Both the position numbers and the translations under genes were made by a program. Under the pieces are notes generated by a model. It searched no databases. It was not told the DNA's origin and saw nothing but the letters and a program-made list of their open reading frames with translations. This document shows positions 23,660-34,310 of a DNA stretch of 47,646 bases, piece after piece (the first letter of the stretch is position 1; each line of letters opens with the position of its first letter). This DNA is from Octopus bimaculoides (Eukaryota), in contig NC_068994.1 in assembly GCF_001194135.2 (NCBI RefSeq), positions 2,382,120-2,429,765 of the forward strand, in the 5' to 3' direction.

Positions 23660-23940
23660 TTTTTACCTTGCTGGTACTTGGCGACTTCACTAGTGCTGGT
23701 GCCAAAAAAACAGTACCCAGTACAACCTTGCAGGTTCACGGATGCCGGTGCCACATAAAAAGCACCTGTACCAGTACCACATAAATGCACCCATGTTGGT
23801 GCTGTGTAAAAGCACCCAGTACACTCATTAAAATAGGGTGGTGACCTGGCAGAATCGTTAGCATGCCAGGTGAAATGCTAAGCAGTATTTTGTCTACCAT
23901 TACTTTCTGATTTCAAATTCCGCTGAGGTCGACTTTAGCG
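23660..23940 (+). mobile_element. Composite: tandem-unit fragment of the (GAT)-tail repeat followed by a SINE family 2 head (23837-23937)
   Basis: AAAAGCACC units as in 3200-3500 (reverse). Then GACCTGGCAGAATCGTTAGCA...TTTCAAATTCCGCTGAGGTCGACTTT. Confidence 0.7.
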
Positions 23941-26039
23941 ATGAAAGAGTGCAATGAAATAATCTAGAAAGGAAGGTAGTCATTTTACTCACTGCAAAAT
24001 ATGGTTAAATCCATAATTAGATTACACTCTCAAATCAAATTATCTTGAAATATTCCATTCTTGATAAAAGTCATATCATAGTAATATTGTGCAAATGAAC
24101 CTAATCTTTTGAAGACTCTACTACTATTTATAGCCTACTAATGAAACCCAAGCAATTAATTCTACCTTGCATCACCAACATTTCTAAACCTATCGAAACT
24201 GATTGGACAGCAAACTTGATTGAATATACTAGTACTGTTACAATGCATGTTTTTAGCTAAACACTACACGACTAGATCTAGTCAACTGAGACCAAACTGT
24301 GGTTACACACAAACAAGAACACTGAATAACAGATTGTTTAACATAATCCAAGACAACAGTGAAGTATGGTATATTCAGCGTTCTGAATCAGAATTTGCTC
24401 CCAAAGAATGAGTCAGCTATCTTCATGTTCTGCATCTGAACAAAACTGATGCAACAACTTCACTTGTAGCTTTCACTTGTTCCCTAAAGGATCTAAAAAC
24501 AGGAGAACGAAGCAAGATTTTGGGAGATAAAACGTAATTAGTTCATAATTCAATATTGTATATAAATAGTGAAGAGCATATTTGATAATTAAGTTATTCA
24601 GTGTAAAACAACTCTTTGGTAAAACTTAACAATTAGTATTTTCTGCAAGATTTAAAATCCAGTGATTTAGAATATCATTATCAATAACTGAAATATAGAA
24701 TTAACTAATTGATACAATTAGGGTTGATGCAATATATGTTTTCTTTCTCTTTTTTTTTTTTTCAGTGAAAAGGAATATATTTTACAAAAAAAAAAAGAGA
24801 AGGAAAAAAACATTAATGCAACACCAAGTGCTTCAATTGATCACACAACATATAATTCCTGATTAATTCACCCACAAACAAATTAACTGCTAAATAGTTT
24901 TCTTTTCAAAAAAGCACAACTCCACCCCTATTAATCATTATTCAATTAAAAATATTAAGATTAAAGACAATATTTTTAGAGACAGGATTTAAATTCAGAT
25001 AGGTGGGGACACAATAAAATAGATATTATAAAATATCTAATCTTTATCTTGTATACAATTCTATCTTTTGCTAAAGAATACTTACCAAAATAGAGAAGTA
25101 AGAATTTTAATAATTTCAACAAAACTAAAATTTAGATCTAAATAATATTCTGAATTACAAATCAATATCTAAATAAGACACAAATTTTTTTTTATTCAAA
25201 AGTAATGAAATTGAAATTTAGAAAAATTAAAATAAAACTTTTATGTGGTTGACATTGTATTTTTATATTTAGTAGCTCCAGAAAGAATAAAGTAGAAAGT
25301 GTTGATATGCAGACCAAAGAACTAAGTGGTAGACGCAAGCTTTGAAAGCATTGCTTAAATTTCTTAAAATGCTGCATATCATAAATGGAGGAAGCACATA
25401 CAAGAGTAACGCAGTTCCAGATGGCAGTCTCATGTGAGACTGCCGTTTCTGGGGTAATTACTGAGGTAATTACATGAAAATAATTTCTTGATGGCAAAAT
25501 AAAATCAAATTATTTTTATAAGAATAGAATATTTACATAATAGCATTTGATTAATTAAGTATGTGACCAATATTGCAGATTATACTTTAAAAAAATTAAC
25601 AATAGAGTTTAATGAAACATTTCAATAAAAATTAATGAACTAGTTAAATGTCAGACATTCCGGTTTTTTAAACGCAAATCTGAAAAATTATCTAAACACA
25701 AAAATATATGAATTTGATTTCACGTGCTTGTGATGATTTTCCTAAGTGTTAAGCAACAAGAGGGGAGGGGTAGGATGACATAATAATAAATGTTTATAAC
25801 AAGTAAATCTAATTCAATTTTTTGTAGCACTTAAATTGATATACATAAGCCTTACAGCTATAATTATCAAAATCAAAACTACATTGTTAATGCTTCACAT
25901 AAGGAGAAAAAAAGAAAGAAAGGAAAATAAAAAGAAGGAAGGAAGGAAGAGAGAGATAGTGAGTGAGTGAGAGAGAGAGAGAGAGAGGAGTGATTGAAAG
26001 AAAATCAAGACAGAGTGGTGGGAAGAAGAAGCCTAAAGA

Positions 26040-26218
26040 AAGTGAGTGGCAAGTGAAACCTTAGCATAGCAGCAGGTTGGCTGCTTGACTTCTATTTCCA
26101 GTCCATCAACATAAAATCATTGTCACACTACTACAGCAGCAGTCAGATTGGATCTCTTTTATCATGACACATTCCTACAGTTACAGTTGAAGTAACAATG
26201 GATATCCTAATAATAGCG
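26040..26218 (+). promoter_or_regulatory. Candidate promoter/leader exon of protocadherin B
   Basis: Follows a GA-rich tract (25900-25990); GC-richer island sharing motifs with 11040-11200 and 2764-2884; possible donor GCG|GTATTT at 26218/26219. Confidence 0.3.
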
Positions 26219-27559
26219 GTATTTACTTTATTTTCTTTATTCTAACAATTTCTTGCATTTTTCTATCAACTCATTCATCTCATTTGTTGTCTTTATTTGC
26301 AATTGATAATCCAATATTTTTCAAATATTCATTGGCATATCAATGTTTATAATATAATGCATTCAGTTTGATATTGTAGATGGAAAAAGAGAAATTTGGT
26401 TTATTCAAAATATGTAAATTCACTCTATTTCACCTAATATTTTATGGTGAATAATACAAGCCATTCTGTGGCATATTTTTGCTGCAGTTTTCACCCAAAT
26501 TGTTTTTAGAATGTAGCAACTACACTACAATAATATTGATACAGCTACTCTTTATGATAGATTTTAAGAAATGCAGAACTACAGGTGGCAAAGAAATATA
26601 GAGTAAATATCTACAGAATTACAACCTGCAAGAAATATGCTGCAAAAATTATCATATATCAAATTATTTAATTTTATATCACTCATAGATATTAAGTATC
26701 TTGCTTGCTGCTGTTGAGAATTACATTAAAAAAATTAATAGTAATAATAATAATAATAAAATTATAACTTGCTGAGCCGCAAATAAAATATGGCAGACTT
26801 ATAGAGTTTGGCTTCTGCTAATTCTTTGAATTTGTCAATCTTTTGTAAATATAATTTCATCAAAGTATAAAACAGTAATAAAAAAAATAGTTGTGTAATA
26901 ATATTGGAGAAGTGGGTTATATTATGAATACTGTTTGATTGGTTTACAATAGAGATTTCAGTGATTTTTGGTTTTTCATCTGTGCTTCATTTGCTTATTG
27001 CATATGTGTGGGTATGAATATATATATATGTACATATGTATGCATGCAAAGCTGTGTATATCTAACATTTTCAAATAAAATAATAAAGAAATTGTATTAA
27101 ATTCATTGATAGTTAACTTTAGAATGAACAAAAAGTACATGTAAAACAAGTACATTTATATTCAGTACGAATAAGGTAGAATAACAAGATATAGGTTCAA
27201 TTCCACTAGAGGGTCATATTTGTATCCTCTTTCATAAACTTTTCCCAATCATACCAACACTGTTTAAATGCAATTGAAAGAACAGATGTATGCAGTAATT
27301 AGATTAGAGATGCAAGTTCTGGAAATTTTCTTGTAAGGTAATTTGAAAAAACAAAACAGAATGTTTGCATTGCAAGTTCCAGCTTTTTCCTAGACAACTG
27401 CTAGTTTTTCTCAATGAATATATAACCAACAAAAATTCTGATTCTCCAGACTTAATTTGTAACCTGACAGCAAGTTTACAATATTTACAATAATAATTAG
27501 TTTTTATGAGAATTCAGTAACAGCAACATCATCAATAATAATTGTTTCTAATTTAGTCT

Positions 27560-28770
27560 CTAGGCTAGCAATGTTAAGGGAAGGGGGTAAATCAAGGCCA
27601 TTGCCCCCCCCCCCCCAGTATTTAATGAATACATTATTCTGTCAACTCTGGCAAAGTTGACTTCAGTAGGATTTGAAAACATATAAAGAGCCAAGGCAAT
27701 ACCACTAGGCACTTTGTCCAATGCTTAAGGATTTTACCTACATACCATTCTAATTATTGATCCCAGTATTGTAAAGGGATGGTACTTTATCAGTCTAAAA
27801 AATGAGGACAAAATTGACCCTAGTGAGATTTGAGCACAGAGAGCCAAAATGTATTCCACAAGATTTTCTATCCAACACTCTAACAACTCAGCAAACTTGC
27901 CATATCAGTAATAAAAAAAAATTAAGCTGAGTTTTAAGGGGAAGGAGTCAGTTGATTTAAATCAACCCCAATACTTAACTGGTATTTTATTTACTATCAC
28001 TGGAAGAATGAAAGATAAAGTTGACTTCAACAGAATTTGAACTCGGAGCATAAAAAGCCATAAATACCAAAAGACTTTTTGCTTGACATTTTTATGATTC
28101 AGCCAAATGATAATGGTAACAGTAATAATTGTTTCTCATTTACACACAAGGCCAGCAACTTTGAGGGGATGGGGTTAGTTAATATCATTGTTCCCAGCAC
28201 ACAATATTTTCTTTTACCAAACAACATTGACCTCAGCAGGATGAGAACTAAGAACATTACCAGAATAAATATCACCATCCTCTAACGATTCTGCTAATTC
28301 ATAGCACTATCAATCCTCCATATGATGATGATGATGATAGGAGGAGGAGCCTTTCTATTATGGGGACAAATTTAGTGGGAGGGGGGATAGTTTTATCAGC
28401 CCCCAGTGCTCAACTGGTACTTATTTCATTGACCCTGAAAGGATGAAGGGCAAAGATGACCTTGGTGGAATTACAACTCAGAATGTAGAGAGGAGAGAAA
28501 TGTTGCTAAGCATTTTGTCCAGTGTGTTAACAATTCTGCCTTAACAACAACAACAGTAATAATAATAAGGATTTCAAATCTTGGCACAAGGCCAACAATG
28601 TTTGTGTTAGGAAGGGTTGGCATTAGGAAGGGCATCCAGCCATAGAAACCATGCCAAATCAAACTGGAATTTGATGCAGCCTTCTAGCTTGCCAGCCCTA
28701 GTCAAACGGTCCAACCCATGCCAACATGGACAACGGACGTTAAATGATGATGATGATGATGATGATTAAT
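27560..28770 (-). mobile_element. Array of about five degenerate SINE family 2 copies plus a (GAT)-tail fragment (28600-28770, +)
   Basis: Repeated ACTGGTACTT-ATTT-ATTGACCC-GAAAGGATGAA-GGCAAAG-TGACCT-GG-GGAATTTGAACTC modules in the same orientation. Confidence 0.7.
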
Positions 28771-29099
28771 CACCCTCAGTTTAGTATTAAAAATGGCAAA
28801 GGCAGGGTATCAGTTTAGAGATAGTAAAGGAAAAATTAACCATTTGCTCTACATGGATGATCTGAAGCTTTTTAGTAAGAATAAGAAAGAGACAGATTAC
28901 TTAATCCAAACTGTGAGTCTCTTCAGCAAAGATATAGGTATGGAATTTGGCAGAGATAAGTGTGCAATATTAGTCACAAAAAAAGGGACTGGTAGTCAGT
29001 AGTGAAGGCATTCAATTACCAGACATTATAATCGCTGAAAGAAGGAAAAAGTTATAAGTATCTACGACTATTAGAATCTGACTGAGTACTAACTATAGA

Positions 29100-29322
29100 C
29101 ATTATTTACATTATTTACATTATTTATATTATTTACATTATTTACATTATTTACATTATTTATATTATTTATATTATTTACATTTGACGGATATTTATCC
29201 TCACCTTGTTTGTTGTTAACACAACGTTTTGGCTGATATACCCTCCAGCCTTCATCAGGTGTCTTGGGGAAATTTCAAACCTGGGTTCATTCCTAAGGTA
29301 TTTTTCAATATTATTATTATTA

Positions 29323-29361
<39 letters not shown>

Positions 29362-29388
29362 TCACTGCCTGGAATTGAACTCAGAATG

Positions 29389-29440
<52 letters not shown>

Positions 29441-29622
29441 TAATAATAACATCAAAAAATACCTTAGGAATGAGAACCCATGTTTGAAATTTCCCCAAGA
29501 CACCTGATGAAGGCTGGAGGGTATATCAGCCAAAACGTTGTGTTAACAACAAACAAGATGAGGACAAACATCCGTCAAATGTAAATAATGTACATAATTC
29601 CTCATCTCTTAAATATAGAACT
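29100..29622 (-). mobile_element. Family-3 SINE insertion forming a ~430-bp near-perfect palindrome; 14-bp TSD
   Basis: TSD GTACTAACTATAGA at 29086-29099 and 29623-29636; arms 29178-29316 and 29452-29590 are reverse complements with about 6 differences; (ATT)n and (AAT)n also pair; the loop 29358-29387 is the SINE B-box segment; (ATTATTTAC)n is the tail. Confidence 0.9.
29499..29544 (+). ncRNA. Minimal type I hammerhead motif (G12 to A variant); mirror copy at 29218-29263 on the minus strand
   Basis: gacac-CTGATGA-a-GGCTG(gagggtatat)CAGCC-aAAAC-GTT-gtgtt. Stem I is ACAC/GTGT, stem II is 5 bp, and stem III is the palindromic ACGT. Confidence 0.6.
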
Positions 29623-30673
29623 GTACTAACTATAGAAATGAAAGAGAAAATTGAGAAAGAGTACATCAGAAGGGTAAGGGAGTTAATGAACCTGAAGCTA
29701 AATGGCCTGAATCTAGTGGAGGCTGTAAATACTTGGGCAGTATTGCTACATAGATATTCAGCAGCTTTTGTACATAGGGCAAAATCTGAATTAACAAATC
29801 TAGACAGAAGAACTAATTAGGAATTTAATATGAATTGAGGACTTCATCCATGAGCAGGAATAGCAAGACTATATTTACCGAGAAAGGAAGATGGCAGAGG
29901 TTCAATATCAGTAGCAGACTATGAGGAGTTAACTAGAGTCAATATAGCCTCCTGTGTGGGTAATAGTGAGGAAATTTTATCAAGAGTTGTTAGAATAACA
30001 GTAGAAGATAAAGAAATCAAAAAGCTAAATGAGGTTAAAAAACAGAAAAAAGAAGTAAGATTATCTGACCAGCAAGAAAAGTCTTTGCATGGTAGATTTC
30101 CAACGAGAGTGGCAGAAAATAGTAATAGTGAGACATGGTTATGGTTACAGAAAGGAAGGCTGAAATGGGAGACAGAAAGTTTGTAAGTATCAGCACAAGA
30201 TCAAGCATTAAAGACTAATTGAATAAGAGCCAAGATAGACAAAAATCGTATAACACTTTCAATACAGTAAAAATAAGAACACCACAACAAACCACGGCAC
30301 ACAGAGCTGTGCTCAGTAGTCTAGTGAAAACGTGATAAAAATAAGGCTACTGAATAATAACGATGATAATAATAACAACAACAACAACTTAGACACAAAG
30401 CCAGCAATTTTGAAAGTGGAGTTAGTCATTTAAATTCCAGAAGTTGACTGGTACCTTGAGAAATGAAAGGCAAAGTTAACTTTGACTGGAGTAATAATGA
30501 CAATAATCCTTTCTACTATAGACACAAGGCCTGTAATTTAGGGAATGAAATTTGAACTCGGAATATAAAGACAGAAGACATGCTGTTAAGCATTTTGTCC
30601 AGTGTATTAACGATTCTTCTAGATCACTGCCTTAATAATAATAATAATAATAATGTACAGACCAGACCATCAA

Positions 30674-30830
30674 CAAGAATGGCTGTGTGGTAAGAAGCTT
30701 GCTTCCCAGCCACATAGTTCTAGGTTCAGTCCCATTGCATGACACTTTGGGCAAGTGTCTTCTACTATAGCCTCAGGCTGACCAAAGCCTTATGAGTGGA
30801 TTTGCTAGACAGAAACTGAAGGAAGCCCGT

Positions 30831-30887
<57 letters not shown>

Positions 30888-31090
30888 ATGTGTTATTCCC
30901 CTCACCATCGCTTAACAACCGATGTTGGTGCATTTATGTTCCCATAACTTAGCGGTTTAGCAAAAGAAACCAATAGAATAAGGACTAGGCTTGCAAGGAA
31001 TAAGTCCTGGGGTTGATTTGTTTGAATAAATGCAGTGCTCCAGCATGGCCATAGTCAAATGAGTGAAACAAATAAAAGAATAAAAGAATA
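30674..31090 (+). mobile_element. Full-length SINE family 1
   Basis: Matches 22844-23226; ends in (TAAAAGAA)n. Confidence 0.92.
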
Positions 31091-31389
31091 TTGTTGTGAA
31101 AGACCAAAATAATAAATTCTGTTTATTGATTGACATGAGCATGCTCAGTGCCTGGGAGAATTCGATAAGCTCAGAAAATATAAAGATTTGCTAATCGAAA
31201 TCGAAAGGAGATTTTCTTGGCATTGCTTTAGTATGGCATTCTGTAACAACATTTTTATAGTCTAGTTTTTATTTCTCTGTTTATTACTGCTCAGTATGGA
31301 TCTTCTTTTTTTCTTTAAACTAAATGCCAATACTTGAGCCAAGAAGAAAGTTTATGCAGAAAGTACTTTTCTAAGAAAATGAGGTGTTT

Positions 31390-32400
31390 GAAGCTGGGTA
31401 TGATAATTTTAGGTGAGGTGATTGAACCCAATGTACCTGTAATAATTTATATGATTTTCAGTTATCCTTCTGGGCATCACCCCATATTTGGCATTTCTAC
31501 TTTTAATTCAGTATACTTTGCAATTCTTTTCTGCTTTGCAACATTTTTTCTGAAGGAATTTCAGTGTCTATCATTGAAGTATTCTTATATTCCATGTCAT
31601 GTATAATGTCTTTGAAGTTTGGTTATTCTGTTTGTGTGGATGTCAATATCCCATAGGATCTTTGGTATACTAGATTCATTCTGGTATGTGATTGTACCAC
31701 TCATGTGAAGTGTTGTATCCATATTATTTATCAAGTGACCAATTTAAATTGAGATTGACCTTTCTGAGCTAATAGTCTACAATCTGCTACAATATAATCG
31801 ATATTTTACACTTGCTCATATTGCTTACATATGCTTATCTACTGAAATAATATTTAGTGTTTGATCTTGAGCAGCTACGAACAAATTGCTTCTCTCTCCC
31901 ATGTTCATTCATGATTTCTGACATTCTTGCTACCTTTGTGTAACGATCCATGTAACTGCATTTCTTCTTAGACATCCTTTTGCAATTTATTCTACTTTGG
32001 TACACAGATTTCTCTTCAAGTTTAACAAGTCATAATTCTTTTACTCCAAGTATTACTGATAATGCTCTTTTTATTTCACAAATTATCACATTTTAGAATA
32101 CAGTCTCCTCTTAAAGTTCAATGCTAATTAAGTTCTAATTATATTACAACATATTTAAGTAGTTCTTCACCTTTTACAAGGTAAAAACCTTCAATCTTCT
32201 TCTACACAATCAGAAATGTTAATAAGTTTTCTCTTCCAGACTTTCCATTTCATGCATAATTGACTGATATTTGCCTTCAAATGGAGCACTCCATCATAAT
32301 TAGGGATTTTCATGTTTTTCTAATGCATCCACTTCATCTTTTCTCCATTTCATATTCCTCCACTATTACATATGAAAGAGCACATCTCCAGACCAATAGA
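31390..32400 (-). mobile_element. Degenerate R4/Dong-type LINE 3' region (post-RT to REL endonuclease)
   Basis: Minus-strand EWYNHIPE, KILWDIDIHT, MIDTEIPSEKNVAK, IAKYTELKVE and IITGTLGSI motifs; many lesions. Confidence 0.65.
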
Positions 32401-32539
32401 GTTAGGGTTTTCATACTGGAAGTCATAACAGGATTATGACACTCCAACAAAAAAGAGTTAGAATAAATATACACCAAGAAAAGTTTCATGGAATAACAAA
32501 GTGTTTATATTCATGAATGTGCCCCTACACACACACACA

Positions 32540-32750
32540 CACAAAGATGGTGGAATCAAGACTAATTAGTTGGCTATTGTTGTCGAGGAAAGGAAGCAGC
32601 TTTGGATTAGATATCAGTCCCAAAAGATGATATACATCTCTATAAGAAATGAGAAAATTAAACAAATATGAAGATCTGGAAATAGATATCCAGAAAGTGA
32701 GACTAAACTCCTTATAATAAATGCTTTGAGATTTATTGAAAAAACATCAT
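32540..32750 (+). mobile_element. REL endonuclease fragment of an R4/Dong-type LINE
   Basis: ISPKDDIHL / NEKI / KYEDLEIDIQK-like residues across frameshifts. Confidence 0.45.
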
Positions 32751-34310
32751 CATCATCATCATTTAACATCCATTTTTCCTGCCACTATGCCACACACATT
32801 TACCACACTTTGGTTATAACAACAAAACCACAAATTTGGTGGCAAAGCAGAGCCAAATAAATATTATGATTGTAGTGATTGCGATAGGAGAGATTCATGC
32901 TTAGAAATTCAAAGAAAAAACTCAGCAACTTTTAAGTCTTATAGAGAATAAATGTTTTTATAAAATGCAAATATAATATATCTTTAAAATTAGTTTTACA
33001 CATAGAATAGGGTTTGGTATGAATAATAGCATACATCTTCCCAATCAAGCAGAAACATCCAGGGCTTAGATTATGAAATCCTTTCAAGAATTTTAAATCA
33101 TACACGCTTTTTAATGAAGTTGTTTGTTGGCATTTGTATACTGATGACTTTGAATCTCAATGTGTTGTATTCAGAAAAGCATATTTCTATTGCTAATTTA
33201 TGTTATAAGAGAGGTGAATGGCAGTATTGATAGAGAATTAAATAAAATGCCATACAATATTTAGTTACATCCTACTATGGTCTGAGATTAAATCCCACCA
33301 GGTCCGACTCTGCTTTCATTCTTTTGGGCCCTGTAAAATAAGTACTAATTAAATACCTAAATTGACTTTATCAACTATTTTCAACCTTGTGTTATATAAG
33401 AAATCATTATTAAATTAAGAACAAGTTAAAGCACTAATTATCAACAATGCAGCAATTAATTAGCTGCTTATTGTTCCAAGATGTTTTCAGTAGTAGAAAA
33501 TCATTAATAAAAAATGTTGTAAGAATTTTGAGAAATAAGGCGTAAATTTTGTTTTGTTTTTTAATTTGACTTTTGAAACATGTCAGCTGACAAGAATGAT
33601 TTCTTAACAAATGAACACAAATTGTTAACAGATTGTCATTCCAGACTTTTTTAAAAAGTGAAAAACCTTAAAAAAAAATGATCTGGATCTTAAAATCTTT
33701 ATCTTGAACATTTCCTTTCTAAAGTCCTTTTAAATCCTAAATAATTCACAGATGCGTGTCTTAATGAACCACATCTACCATTATAAATTCAGGATAAATG
33801 CTATCTGTCAAGAAATAATTATGAGAATGAATTGTAGATTAAAGTCTATTTATAGTAGAAATATAAGATTGTTTAGAATAATAACATAATGTCTCACTTC
33901 TCTCCTTTTCTGCAGAAATTTGTTTATGATGAAGCAAAGAAGATAAATGGGCTTTAATCACACAGCTTTCTGGAGAGCATACCTGTGTAGATGAAGTGGA
34001 TTTATTTGAGCTAGGAATTATAGTTTCCCAAAAACTTTCTTTCTCTATAAAACTGAACTGATTTTTACTCTTATTTTTCTTTTTTCTACTTAAATAAGCT
34101 GATTATTTTCATTATTTACGACTGAAAATATTAACTATTTGTTTTAATTTGCTTTTTAATCTTCATTGATTTATTGATTATTATTAAATATAAATTGTAA
34201 ACAAAATTTGTTTGAATACATTTTGATATTGTTTCTGTTTGTTTTCTGTTTTAGAAATTATTGCAACCAAAACCCAATATCTTCAATCAAAAGCAGTACT
34301 AAGCAGAAAT

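Larger units (their letters stand above)
28765..30250 (+). mobile_element. R4/Dong-type LINE fragment (RT C-terminal half), interrupted at 29100-29622
   Basis: KINHLLYMDDLKLFSK, GMEFGRDKCA, YKYLRLLES, EMKEKIEKEYIRRV, AVNTWAV, ARLYLPRKEDGRG, KSLHGRF, WLWLQKGRLKWETES, SAQDQALKT; contains stops. Confidence 0.88.

Noticed and set aside
29100-29180. CRISPR-like or satellite array (ATTATTTAC)n
   Set aside because: No spacers; it is the tail of the minus-strand family-3 SINE, in eukaryotic DNA.
29178-29498. ORFs with poly-Ile, poly-Leu or poly-Asn that look like TM or low-complexity proteins
   Set aside because: Products of (ATT)n/(AAT)n inside the SINE palindrome.
34239-34310. ORF-track start at 34239 (830 aa) and its read-through to 36731
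   Set aside because: The start is a TTG upstream of a splice acceptor (34254); the signal peptide begins at ATG 34311. The last 17 codons lie beyond the conserved donor at 36677.
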